Source: Psilocybe cubensis
Taxonomy: Eukaryota
DNA: 49,923 nt
Direction: 5' to 3'
Assembly (NCBI GenBank): GCA_017499595.2
Contig: CM039005.1
Coordinates: 3,286,001-3,335,923 of the forward strand
How positions within the stretch are numbered: the stretch's first letter is position 1; every line of letters starts with the position of its first letter. Below are positions 1 to 12,472 of this stretch, in pieces. The position numbers and the translations under genes are program-made. Under the pieces are notes generated by a model. That model was not told the DNA's origin and made no database searches. It saw nothing but the letters and a program-made list of their open reading frames with translations.

Positions 1-1272
1 ACTTTTGACCGCTCCCGCCCAGGAATCGTCTTCTAAGCATCCATTCGGAGTGGGGAACTGATATTACTCGCTATTCTTTCTCTCCTAGATGAAGGACTCC
101 TTTTGAGCTGTCGTGCGCTGGTTGCAACTCACTGACGTTCTCGTCCTGGCCTTCGAAGATGATATGGGTGTTCTGTATGTCAACATTGTTCTGACAGTCT
201 GAAATTGCGCTGGAAATTCGAGTTGAACTGCGAAGCAATGAGCGGGTGTCAGCACAAATGCATTATCAAGGGGATGTAACTCACCGTCGCAGCCCACCAC
301 AGTTGAACACCTCGTCAGAACCATTGTCAACGGGACAATCAACATCACGGCTCACCGTTCGGTCAACATTCTGGGTGCCGCGCGGGTGCCGTGTTTGTCT
401 TTGGGAGGAAAACTGTGCAACGGAAAAGGCGGAGTCAGTACGAGTGCGTCCATGAAGGGTTACAGCTCACCGTGGAGGTCACTCTGCGTTGTCATGACCT
501 GCGGGGCACGTCGTCACTGCCGTTGTTGACAAGAAAGGCAGAAACTCAACTTACCAGATGCCATTGACTCCACCAACGACGAGGGATCACCGACTGCCGA
601 CAAGGTGGGGGTGGACATGACTCGAGCATGTCGTTGACGTGCTGGTGTTACGTGGCTGCGATTGGAAGGCGTCAGCAACATCCCGCCGTCAAGAAAGCAC
701 CGCTCACCATATCAAGACTGGACACCGAGTCCTTGTCATTGTCATCAGTGCTGCCATTGACAGAGTACTGCGGCTTACCATTGGTTTCAACATTCTGGGC
801 GTCGTCTGCCTGTCGTGCACGTCTTGCGAGGTGGAAATGCGCATCGTCAACGCTGCTCTCGATAGATACCGTCGGGCCCACAACACGGACATGCCATTCA
901 ATGCGCACAGTACTCACCGCGCCGTTGTGTTGGGATGCCAGAGCGTTAGGGTCGTTCTGTCCAGGTGCGTCGTCCGCATTCTAGAAAGCACTACACGGTA
1001 AAGAGGGGTCAGTCCCGGCGTTTCAGAAGGGATACACCTCACCGTCGTGTCGCGCTCCATTCTGCATCCTCAAGTCTGTCAAACACACCGTCAGCGCCGT
1101 TGTTGACAGCAGACACAACAGCCCGCTTACCATTCCCAAGCAGCCGCCATGCGAATCCACAAACAATGGGGGGAAGAATTGGAAAGAGGCCAAGGCTGAG
1201 GAGGCAGAGAAGAGGAGGGGATGAGGCTTGAGGGGAATGAAGAAATCCAGCAAGGTGCGTGGTCTTTATATA
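1..1272 (-). other. Candidate intron-rich gene for a low-complexity D/N-rich protein (also at 13915-15186)
   Basis: TATATAAA at 1272-1265 and a CT-rich leader. Plausible phase-0 exons are 1060-1043 (MERDTT) and 980-918 (NADDAPGQ...), with further GTGAG/GTAAG donors downstream. The full structure was not resolved. Confidence 0.35.
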
Positions 1273-3869
1273 CCCGTGTCGGTTCTAGCACTAGTGTTAC
1301 TAGTACGCCTTGTTGCATGTCGTATGTACTGAAAATACAGATTTTTTTTTTCGTTTCTGTGTTCGCTTAGTGTGGTTTTGGGTTACGCGAGTGCAGATTG
1401 GGTCTTGAGATTGGGAACTGAATGGTTCCCCAAGGTGTAACGTTGGAATAACAAGAATGCGAGGGCAGGGTGGTGTGCGTAGTGCACATATTGTTTGGAT
1501 AAATCATGTGTATTGCGAATCCGGGTGTTCATTCTGTTCATGTGATACGTTCGATAGGAAACTCGTTCATGTTGCATCCATTTGAGTCGTGCAATCAAAG
1601 TGAGTATCGATGTAATCCATCTCCCAGTGCTCAAGTGGTGATATAGCTCAAACTCTTCAGAATCGCACCATGCACAAAAAACAAGAGTCGATAAAATCAC
1701 CACTGAATCTCTCGCAACCATCTTCAAAATCAAGAAACATTCAATGACTCGGGAACAGGTACGTACACATAGCCCTCGAACCATATGTACTTGACGGTGA
1801 ACTTGCGTTCTGGCACTCCCGGTGTGCGGACATTTGCTTTGGAGTCGATACGGGAAATCCATCTTCTGCACAGCGACAAATTGAACGCCGCGATTCCTTC
1901 TAGCAAATCTGACGTTAACCGTAGCCGAGAGTGTTTGGGATAGTGTAGATACGGATCCGAATTGAAGGGAAACGATTGGAATGGGGGTGAATGTTGATTC
2001 GGGAGAGGAGGCGGATGTCCGGTTGGGTTGGATCTGGTTGGGGAATTTGAGATGTTCTGTTGGCTGGGTGGTTGGGGTGGGTGAGGTAGGCCTATGTAGA
2101 CTCCTGTCAGATATGGGTATAGGTATGTGAGTGCTATTTATACTGTTATTTGCATCGTGTGCAAAAATGCGCATTCTCGGCGCTTAACTGATGGTGATTC
2201 GAAAAGCAAAGTTGCACATTGCACATCGGGCACAGTATTTTTCAGAGACCTCTGTACAGTTAAGTTAATACTAATACATCTAATTAGGGGTTAAACTACA
2301 TTGACAACGATGTATTCTAGGTAAAAACGTCATTTGAGAGATGAGGGCATTGAAATCATGACTTTGCCCGACAATACGAACTTAGACAAAGATTTCCGGC
2401 CAATAACCCTTTATTCAGGCATTAATAGCAGTCCTACAGCACACCAAGCATACTCCAATGCTCCAAGTGCCGGAAAAGACGCAGAATCGACGTAGAACGA
2501 CGCGCCACGTCTACTGCATCCCATACATCCTCGAGAGCCGATGTTGTTGCTCTCATTTCGCGGACCTTCTAGGTTGTGTAACAGCAGTTTAGCCGAGCCA
2601 AATAGGTCCCTGTTAGCTTCCGAAAAGACCAGCAACGAGAAAATACATTGGAATTAGCATGGAATTGCGACATGGGAGAGTGGGAGGATGTGGACATGTA
2701 CGTGAGTTCAAATTTTTAATGAAATTTTTGTGATCCCTCACTTGGAACGGATGAAGCGAGTAGTACAGGGTGTAATTTATAGTCCCATAATGGATATGCA
2801 GCTGTGTAATGGTTTTGGAAGTGAGGTATATACACATTTCTGTCTGATTTTGTTGAGAATGTATTCGGGCGCTTAATACTTTTTGACATCTGCAACTTTG
2901 CTCAGTCGTGCAGCGCTCGATTCAAACATTGTACAAGGTACTGTACACTACAGTATACATCTCCAATACTCAAAATCTGCAATAAATATGTCCAGACAAC
3001 GAAAATGGGTGTTTTACGTGCATTCACACCTCAGCGGGAACATGTCAAAGTTTCAGTCATTTCCGCTCCACCACGGACCGTCAACTCTTCAACAACGTAT
3101 CCGAACATTTATAGAAGTATGCTAAACCCTATAAAATAGCATAAATGATGCAAACGGCCTCGGTACGTCTGCCACGTCGTTTCTAGGAGCTTGCAAGGTA
3201 TGTGACCGAGTACGTCTTCCAGAGACGTTCTGGGCTCTTGAGAACCGAATTGAAACGTTATTCGTTAAACGAGCAGTATTGTAACAGTCTATATTAAGGT
3301 CTGTAAGGAATGAAAACGATTGAAAGCACGTAAACTGATGAATCGGGGGAGAAGGAAGATGTCAACGTTGTGAACATCTTAGAGTTTGTTTCTTGTTGTA
3401 TTCACTTGCGCTCGGTGTGGTGTAATTTATATGTCCTGGTACAGGTTACTAGCTACACGTATGTGGTATGTACTGTGTCAAACTGTAAACTGTGTGGAAA
3501 TGGAGGTTTGTGGGGCATAATTCATGTTTACATTCAATTTCACTTCAAATTCAACTTGTTTATGTAACAACGAATGCATTGACTAATCCTATCCATATTT
3601 ACTGGTCTATAGATCTTTTAAAGCTATGGTAAACGCCCAAACTCTCCGGAACTTCATGCCACGTCATTGGTTTTCCTCCAATCGTCTCGCAGTTTCACCT
3701 CAAAATCAAAGTTATTATGGCGCGGAATAGCCTAAACACTAGCCGCATTGGAGCTAAACATGCCAGTGGGTCAATCTAAGCTCAAATTTTTCACATAGAA
3801 GCCGACCAAGGGGGCGGGAGCTTGTATACAGTATGTTTCACCATACAATTATAACAACACAATGTAGCA

Positions 3870-5470
3870 CCTAGGCTTATTCCCCCCCGAAGGGGGGGCC
3901 TTCGTTGCATTGGGCCTCCTGTTCAGAATTCCTGAAATCTGATGCCAGATTCGGATTCCTGGACCCCAAAAACCCCCAAATACACTTTCAAAATATTTTA
4001 TTTTGTACATACGGAGGTGCTACGTAATTAAATGTGTAATTTATGGAGGCCGGCCTCCAAATTGATGGAGGCCACTGGAGGCCGGCCTCCGTCTAAAAAT
4101 AACTTTTGACAGGCACTGGAGGCCGGCCTCCGTCTAAAAATAAATTTTTGACAGGCACTGGAGGCCGGCCTCCCGCCTGTCTCCCGATGCCAGCGCTCGC
4201 CGTCCCAAAGCTTGCGCTCGCCGTCCCAACGCCAGCGCTCGCCGTCCCAAAGCTTGCGCTCGCCGTCCCAACGCCAGCGCTCGCCGTCCCAACGCTTGCG
4301 CTCGCCGTCTGCCCGACGCCTGCGCTTGCCGCTGCATGTTGTTGCGCTGCCACCTCCGGGCCGCTGCTGCTGCCGCCACCTCCACTCGACGCCTGTCGTT
4401 CAGCCGTCACCGCGTGTCATCCCGCCGTCGCCGCCTGTCGTCACGACGTCACCGCGCGTCATCCCGCCGTCGCGTCTAGTCGCCGCCCACCACAACACGC
4501 ACTCTGCTGCGTGTTGTTGCGCCGCCACACCCGTGCCGCTGCTGCTGCTGCCGCCTCTCCTCGTCCCCTGTCATGCCGCTGCCGCCTTCCCTCGCCGCCT
4601 GTCATTCCGCCGTCAGCGCGTGTCGTCCCGCCGTCGCCGCCTGTCGTCCCGCCTTCGCGTCCACTCGCCGCCCACCACAACACGCACTCTGCTGCGTGTT
4701 GTTGCGCCGTCACACCGGACCGCCGCTGCCACTGCCGCCTTCCCTCGCCGCCTGTCATTCCGCCGTCAGCGCGTGACGTCCCGCCGTCGCCGTCTGTCGT
4801 TCAGCCGTCACCGCGTGTCATCCCGTCGTCGCCGCCTGTCGTCACGACGTCACCGCGCGTCGTCCCGCCGTCGCGTCTAGTCGCCGCCCACCACAACACG
4901 CACTCTGCTGCGTGTTGTTGCGCCGTCACACCGGACCGCCGCTGCCGCTGCCGCCTGCCTCGCCGCCTGTCATTCCGCTGTCAACGCCTGTCGTCCCGCC
5001 GTCGCCGCCTGTCGTCACGACGTCACCGCGCGTCGTCCCGCCGTCGCGTCTAGTCGCCGCCCACCACGACACGCACTCTGCTGCGTGTTGTTGCGCCGCC
5101 ACACCGGGCCGCCGCTGCCGCTGCCGCCTGCCTCGCCGCCTGTCATTCCGCTGTCAACGCCTGTCGTCCCGCCGTCGCCGCCTGTCGTCCCGCCGTCGCC
5201 GCCTGTCGTCCCGCCGTCGCCGCCTATCGTCCCGCCGTCGCCGCCTGTCGTCACAACGTCACCGCGCGTCGTCCCGCCGTCGCGTCCACTCGCCGCCCAC
5301 CACGACACGCACTCTGCTGCGTGTTGTTGCGCCGCCACACCGGGCCGCCGCTGCCACTGCCGCCTCCCCTCCCCGCCTGTCATTCCGCCGTCGCCGCCTG
5401 TCGTCCCGCCGTCGCCGCCTGTCGCTGCCGCCGCGCTGCCTCTACTCGCCTCCTGTCGCTGCCATTTCGC
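3870..5470. repeat. Subtelomeric GC-rich composite repeat
   Basis: C7-GAA-G7 hairpin at 3882-3898; GGAGGCCGGCCTCC palindromes at 4045, 4077, 4118 and 4160; 21-bp units such as gccgtcgccgcctgtcgtccc; a recurring caccacaacacgcactctgctgcgtgttgttgcgccg block marking higher-order repeats. Confidence 0.85.
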
Positions 5471-5702
5471 TGTTTTGTCTTTGATACACCTCGGCCTTGC
5501 TGTACTGTAATTTTGTTAGATTTTTTATAACTAGTCATCTTACCCTGATATCAACTTGTATATATCTCACGCGAGCTCTCTTGTGTAGACACCAAAAAAT
5601 AAATTTATATGACATTTTGAACAAAAAAACACGCATATATCTACATATTTTTGTTAGAATGGGCTATTCTTAAATGAAAAAACACTTACATTGACAATGT
5701 AA

Positions 5703-6400
5703 CTACAGGCCTGGGCGAACACGATAAGTTGGCACCACCGGTACGTGCCCGTTGACAAAGGCCTGAGCTCGTTGAGACGCTGCCGCCAGAAGCTTCCTAC
5801 TGGGAGGAGTGCCGCGCAATATTGATTTCCATTGCACTCTTGTTAATGGCTGGGCCTGCCGAGTGCGGATGTCTTCTACGCGTTCACGGTACCATGCCTC
5901 GTTGGCAGGCGTCCATTCCACCCATTGTGATCCGTTCATGCTGGAGGGCACCTGCCACAGGTTCGGGGGAGGGAACCACGATTTTACAGTTATTTGACCT
6001 TTAGTAGCTGAGAAAAATGTTGTTAGTGCATAAAATTGAGAATAAACAAGGAAAACATACCTGTGTACAGCGTGTAGGTGCCGCATATAATGGACAGCTC
6101 GTTCTCCGTGAGCTGGTCGTCGCAATAACACCAAGTCGTGTCGCCAGCTGGCACGATGAACCCCTGCCGGTTCTGAATGATTTCCTTAGAGGGGCCAGCC
6201 AGCCCATCGTCGACGCTCAGAAACTCACTGGCTATCCTACCCACCAATCCACCCCTCAGCAAGGCAGCCCGACCGTGTTGTTGGTGTTTGATGATGTTCT
6301 CGCATTGCAATCGGTATGCTTCGAAGTCATCAACGCCAAATTTGTACGCTGACGGGCGGACAGATCGAGGGGTGTATGGCTCCTGGACAGTGGAGCAGGG
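5703..6400 (-). pseudogene. 3' portion of a spliced fungal hypothetical-protein gene, truncated by telomere addition
   Basis: Exon 6400-6061 is open up to the telomeric tract (RPSAYKFGVDDFEAY..RAALLRGG..DDQLTENE..ICGTY). Intron 6060-6008 reads GTATGT..CTAAC..CAG. Exon 6007-5703 encodes SWFPPPNLW..WTPANEAWY. It resembles a multicopy agaricomycete family of unknown function (from memory, unsearched). Confidence 0.7.
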
Positions 6401-6435
6401 TTTAGGGTTTAGGGTTTAGGGTTTAGGGTTTAGGG
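6397..6435 (+). repeat. Interstitial telomeric tract (healed break)
   Basis: About five TTTAGGG units join a truncated host ORF to the retroelement module. Confidence 0.92.
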
Positions 6436-7088
6436 GGGGAGCGAGCACCGAGCGAAGCGAGGTGCGAGCGACTATTTAAACTGTGAGTTAAAATGAAAGA
6501 AGGCCAGAGGGCTGTTGGGGGATCCCAACAACCAGCCCTTTCGTCTTTATAGACTCTTCAGTGGCTATTCTTAGAAGGAATGTTCTAGACATCCGATGAC
6601 AGCGCGTGAAGTGATGCTGCGCAGCTGTCATGTATCTTACCGACTATCACAAATCTGTCAATGTTTATTGTCAAGTTAGACAGGTCTCTGATGAACAGAG
6701 TGTCACGGGTCGATGTGGCACATGGTAACCTGTCAAAAGTGGATCCAACACTTTTGTTCTTTGACATCGTGGGTTATTGACTGTGATGTGAATCACATGG
6801 ATATAGATTACTCTGGTTACGTGGCTCCGAGTAACCGCGACATGGGAATATTCACATGTCTAGAGTATAAATAGCTTACCTGGGTCCTTACCTAACAATC
6901 AAACAATAGAATGATTGATTGTTGTGAATCTTAATTGGACAGTTCATGATCCGGTCCATCAAAAATGTTTCCACGGTACTAAGGAACTTTTCCCGAAGTA
7001 CTAAGTAACTTTTCCCATGTACTAAATTAGATCCGGCCCTTCACAATCACATGCCGTTCGGAAGTTCACACGCCTACCTTACTTCCTA
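6433..7088 (-). mobile_element. Internal partial terminal module of the retroelement
   Basis: Matches 20369-21024, follows a telomeric tract and breaks off at ...acttccta. Confidence 0.9.
6503..6565 (-). ncRNA. Type I hammerhead ribozyme
   Basis: Minus strand reads GCCA-CUGAAGA-GUCU(AUAA)AGAC-GAAA-GGGCUG...CAGCCC-UC-UGGC: the complete core with stems I, II and III. Confidence 0.88.
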
Positions 7089-7925
7089 AGCTTATTCCCC
7101 CCCAAAGGGGGGGCCTTCGTTGCATTGGTCCTCCTGTTCAGAATTCCGAAAATCTGATGCCAGATTCGGATTCCTCGACCCCGAAAACCCCCAAATCCAC
7201 TTTCAAAATATTTTATTTTGTACATACGGAGGTGCTACGTAATTAAATGTGTAATTTACGGAGGCCGGCCTCCATCTAAAAATAACTTTTGACAGGCACT
7301 GGAGGCCGGCCTCCGTCTAAAAATAAATTTTTGACAGGCACTGGAGGCCGGCCTCCCGCCTGTCTCCTGATGCCAGCGCTCGCTGTCCCAATGCCAGCGC
7401 TTGCCGTCCCGACACTTGCGCTCGCTGTCCCGACGCCTTTGCTCGCCGCTGCGTGTTATTGCGCCACCACCCCCGGGCCGCTTCTGCCGCCGCGGCCTCC
7501 ACTGGACGCCTGTCGTTCAGCTGTCACCGCCTGTCGTTCAGCCGTCACCGCGTGTCATCCCGCCGTCACCGCGTGTCAACCCGCCGTCGCCGCCTGTTGT
7601 CCCGCCGTCACCGCGTGTCGTCCCGCCGTCACCGCGTGTCGTCCCGCCGTCGCGTCTAATCGCCGCCCACCACGACACGCACTCTGCTGCGTGTCGTTGC
7701 ACCGCCACCCTCGGGCCGTTTCTGCCGCCGCGGCCTCCACTCGTCGCCTGTTGCTGCCGCCGTGCCGCCTCCACTCGCCACCTGTCGTCCTGCCGCCGCC
7801 TCCACGCGCCGCCCACAACGACACGCACTCTGCTGCGTGTCGTTGCACCGCCACCCCCACGTAGCCGCACTCGCTGCCGCCACCGCCGCCGACACTCGAC
7901 CCCCAGAGTCGCGTTGTTTGTCCTT
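7085..7925. repeat. Diverged, shorter paralog of the GC-rich composite repeat
   Basis: Same leader (cttattccccccc-aaa-ggggggg...), palindromes and 21-bp units, with many substitutions. Confidence 0.85.
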
Positions 7926-8449
7926 GCTGTTGCCAAGGAAATTCAAACTCCGCAACGTTCACAAACAGTATAGCAAATCCGTTCCCCGACATCACACTTC
8001 CCCTTTAGCCGTCTCCACCCAGCTCCACCTCAAATACGACGATTCAAACGGAAGGGAAAAGAAGCTCAAAACGCTTAAGGAGTGTGGGGTACTTGGTGGA
8101 TAGCGAATCAGGATCAATTGGGGAGGGGACGATGGATTGAGATGTCCAGTGAGTGCTCTAATTTTCTCTCCACCGTTCTCTCATGGAAACACATGAACCA
8201 CGACCACACTCTCCCCTCCCTCTTCCATTGCTTGCACCCAGCACCATCACGTTCCCACCCTTCACAGGCCCACGCAAACATGTTGTCTGACACCTTGGGC
8301 TTGGTGCGGATGGTGGTGGCCAGCGCAATAACGAGAAAGAGAGGTTCAGGCGCCGGGAAATGGTCAAAATCGCCTGTTGGCGAGCTCTTCGCGTCATCCT
8401 CTTTGCCACAACATGGAATCTGGCCTCCAGCTCCGTCCTCCACGTCATC

Positions 8450-9465
8450 TATATCGCGCAAGCAGACGGAGGAGAGTATAAGTGTGGCGGATATGGACAC
8501 GCATAGGCAGCGTGAGGCGCAGTGGATGGGGATCCTGGCCTCGTCGTTGACTCTGTCGTTCGAAGCGCTGCCTCCGTCTGGGTCTGGTGCATCGCTTTCG
8601 TCATCTACGTCTTCGTCTGTGCTTGGGGTCTGCAACATCATTCAACCCTCCGTCTCTCATCGCATCTTCATCATCATCATCTTCTATCCGCCACCGGCGG
8701 TGCATCCTCGAATGCAAATGCGGATGCGGCACTGAGGCGGTCGAAGAAAGTGAGGAGGTTGTTGTTGGACGGTGTGCCTTCGTCGGTGCGGTACCTCGTC
8801 TGGTCGTTTTTGACGGATGGGAAAGGGAGGTGTGTGCCGGGTGTGTATAGGCAGCTGTGTGCGCGGGGATGGGGTGGCGGGGCCCGCGCGGGTGAGAGGG
8901 GGGTTGAGAAGGAGAGGGTGAGAGAGGAGACGGAGAGGGATGTGAGAGATGTTGTCAGGGTTTTGATTGGGGATGGTGGGGATTCCGATAGAGGTGTTGG
9001 TGTTGGTAAGGATGGGGATGGGGAGGGTGATGGTGAAGATGGGGAGAGAAGAAGGGTTGAGAAGGAGAGGAGAGAGAGAGAGCGCAAGGCGCTTAGTTTG
9101 TTGCAGGCGTATTTGAACATGGTCCCTGATGTTGTATATGAGCGCGGTAAGTTTCTCCTTCCTTCCTTACTTTGTTTTTTTGATTGTGGATTGATAATTG
9201 TTGGGCGAAATGACAGGTCTGACGGAGATCGTTGCGCACCTCCTACTACTCGCACCGGAGGAAGACGCGTTTTGGATCTTTGTGTCGGTTTTGGATGCGC
9301 ATCTTCGGCCGTATTTTGCGACGGGGCGGGTTGTGCTGTCTCCTGTGTCATCGTCTGGTTCTTCACCTTCGTTGGCGTCTCATACCGCAGCTTCAGGGGC
9401 AGAGACGACGACGACGCAGATGGAGGTTGACGCGGGGTTGCTTGTTAAGGCGCTCGAAGCGAACA
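8450..9465 (+). pseudogene. Rab-GAP TBC-domain gene fragment
   Basis: Motifs HRQREAQW, KKVRRLLLDGVPSSVRYLVW, ERDV and LLQAYLNMVPDVVYERG; intron 9147-9216 (GTAAGT..CAG); then LTEIVAHLLLLAPEEDAFWIFV. There is a frame change in the 5' part, and the resemblance is lost after ALEAN. Confidence 0.72.
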
Positions 9466-12276
9466 GGGGTTCTGTTTTCGGGTCGTTTTGCAGGGTCCGA
9501 TTTGGGATCTGCAATCTTCCTCCTCCGCTAAGCGAGATATTGGTGTATTTCTGTACACTGTATACCCCCTGTCGTCGTGCAGTGTGCTAATGAAATATAA
9601 TTTCATTGTATTTGCTAAAGATCAGTTCACGATAGACATGAAAAGACGAGTTTCGTGATAAACACTTTTGTTATCGATTCTGAAATCCAGGCAGCACAGA
9701 AAAGAAAAGTAATCGAAGGTTTACTCTCAGTGCAACTACACTCACAAAAATCAGAAGAGTAGATGCAAACTGCACCCACAGAATAGGAGACGAGCACAAA
9801 ACAGCTACACCCATTGCAAAGCAGTCCAGTATTCACGGCAAACTCGCCAAACCGCCTCTACGTGAACTCTCGAGCTCTAGCTTCAAAAATTTGCGTCTCA
9901 ATTTTGGTACAGTCCTCAATTTTACGTTGCTTAATTAAGCTAACAAAATACGAAGCACCGAATTCCAGACGTTTTAAACTGCATTTCGGACGGAAGATGC
10001 AGATGGGGAGTTGTTGCATCGCAATGCAATATATCCTGCCGTTTGTGAAATGTAAATGTGCATTTGCTACTTGGTGAGTTGCACTCCTCGATCTTTCTAT
10101 TGTCGGGTCTTGGAGCTGACATATACTACACTACTGTACTCTTCTAGGTGTTGTATTCGTACGTATTCTGTGTTCTAGTGTTCGTGTCGATTTGCGCATC
10201 CATCAGGATATTCCCTTTCAAACCCATCATCATGACCTCTTGCTCCCCAACCCATGCCTACTCTTCCTCAAACGCACCACTCAATCTTCACCCCACAGCC
10301 AGTAGAATCCATACGTGTGTACATCGCCACGCATCCAATCTTCGTATAGATAATTGCGGGTGACAGTCACTTTAACAAGCAAAATGACATGGGATTATGC
10401 GAGTCGGCCTGCCTATGCACAATTCCTGTGGGGGTGCATGTCAGCGATGTTGAGCATCGCATGTCCAAGTCCTCAACCCTCTTCTAAACGGTTCTGGAAT
10501 CTTCTCAGGAAGGGAGGTGATTGAGTAAGTACAAGTTACATTTTTTAAAGGGTCCTGGAATGACGTCTAGATAGATGGCTGGATTGGATTGGACAAGGGT
10601 GATGGTAGTGACCACAACAGAGAACAGGGTAGAAAGGACGAACATTTGGGAATGGTGGTGACTAACCGTAGGCCGTTATTTGAGCTTATATTCACGGATG
10701 TCAGTTCTAGTCTGGATGCTGGATTGATTTGTCAACAACACATTTTCTGTACCTAATGCAGCTAATATCAAGCATCTTCCTGACTGCCAATTTATCAGAC
10801 ATTTTCACAAGCTATGTTTGTTGGCCTCGTCTTCACCTTGTGAACAAACACGTACTTCCCGTCGATTCCGAAGAGCGTAGACGTCGATAAAATCCTCTGC
10901 TTCCTGCTCAAGCTGGCGTTCGTGTTCACCCTCACCCTCTTCTTGTGCTCAGCGGGTTAGGTGGGTTAGCTTGTGTTGCTTACCCATACACTGTCTTCAC
11001 CTCCGACAGTCTTCACGTCAACGCCCCCTCCTCATCAACCTACAGTTGCTGCAAAACAACAAGGACACCGTCAGCGACCTTTTTTTCGTATGACGAATCT
11101 CTCAGCATCCCTCATCAGCACCTCACGTCGCATCCATGTACGCTGTCAGTAGCCGTCGCTCACCTTTTTGGATCAACGTGAGATGGGAATGCAAGTCTTG
11201 AGTGTTACATCGCGTCTGGTGTGTCTCTCAGTATGTCCAAGCGTCATCAGCGGCTCACTCACCGTGCATTCTCCAGCTACACTCGCATCGACGGGCCTGT
11301 GTTGTGTGCTGTCAGTACCCATCCTTGAGCAGAAACACCCAGCTCACCTTTTTGGATCAACACACCGGCCGTTACATGAGATGGGAATGCAAGTACAGGG
11401 GACAACTTGGTTCTAAGAAAAGAAGGCGGTGAGTACAGTTACACACATTGTTTGCATGCTTGGCCTCACTCACCGTGCATTCTCCAGCTACTCGCATAGA
11501 CAGGACTGTGGTGTGCGCTGTCAGTAAAGTATGCGCTCCGTCTGTATAGTTGCATTCAATGCACGTATTCACAGTCAATACTTATTCAAGTATTTAGTGT
11601 CATCTATCTACTATCCATATTCACATTCACGAACCGGCCAACTATGAACTCTACTCACCGCATCGCAATCTCTCAAGCACATTCCAAAACACCTACGCAC
11701 ACAATTACGCAAACTCGACTCGAGGAATAATTACACTTACCACACGGCAAACTCGTTCACGTACATAGGACCCTCTCATTCGTCTTCGTTCAACCGTATC
11801 CATCTTTTGAACAACAGTGCAAATATCTGCCGTTATTCTATTTAGAGGCTAGACTAGAACACGGGACCGGAACAGAAACTTGGGAAATGCGATTGGAATT
11901 GAATGGAGTCAAGTTTTGGGCAAGGAAGAGCAAGTCCGGATGAGATAGGAGTTGTTTGGATGGCTCGGAAGGTTGTGCTGGGTAGACAAGTCTAAAAAAT
12001 AAGTGTCCAATGAATATGAGTATGATACTACTCTCAAAAACCTGTTTCACAGCATTCAAGTGTTTCTTTTAATATTGTGCTTGATTACAGGCACTTATTC
12101 ATATGCAAAGTTGACTCGAACATTCAAGGTTGTTTCCTCAAACATTACTCGATTACTGGGCATCGTACAGGGACTACAAAACACCCGCAAATGATGTATT
12201 CCAGGGACAGACGTCAATTTGAGAGTGAGGACTAATTCATCACCATACAATTATAACAACACAATGTAACGCCAAC

Positions 12277-12472
12277 ACCACAAAGCACATATTAGCCTTG
12301 GTTAGGGTTAGGGATTAGGGTTGGTGATGACCACAAAAATACAGATTAGGATGGTTTAGGGTTTAGGTTTTAGGGTTGGTTGGGATTTGATAATACCATA
12401 AAAGCACAGATTAGGCTGGTTAGGGTTGGTTAGGGTTGGTAAATACAAATATATGTAGCAGGTTAGGGTTGG
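12277..12472 (+). repeat. Degenerate telomere-like repeat cluster
   Basis: TTAGGG/TTTAGGG/TTGG variants arranged in about three 55-65 bp units, each starting cca(c/t)aaaa..caga/cata-ttag. Confidence 0.7.

Larger units (their letters stand above)
1..7088 (+). repeat. Segmental duplication, copy 1 (left boundary outside the window)
   Basis: ORF tracks and sequence match 13915-21024. The offset rises from 13914 to 13936 through one extra 21-bp unit and one 1-bp insertion. Confidence 0.95.

Noticed and set aside
1383-2174. 263-aa minus-strand ORF (duplicate at 15297-16088)
   Set aside because: No recognisable domain and a non-protein-like composition; it cannot be supported without expression or homology data.
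4045-4173. Palindromic repeats with regular spacing resembling a CRISPR array
   Set aside because: The intervening sequences are near-identical rather than unique spacers, the context is eukaryotic, and there are no cas genes.
4093-5530. Long Pro/Arg/Ala-rich ORFs on both strands (also 7289-8103 and 18007-19466)
   Set aside because: These are by-products of stop-poor GC-rich 21-bp repeats. They are open in several frames at once and frameshifted between the duplicates.
6688-6740. CTGATGA on the + strand as a second hammerhead core
   Set aside because: No properly placed stem II-GAAA-stem III follows it.
6585-6767. Recurrent 60-65 aa ORF MSKNKSVG... in each module
   Set aside because: It recurs only because the module is repeated. 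It is short, its stop position varies and it has no recognisable motif. A small peptide or uORF cannot be fully excluded.
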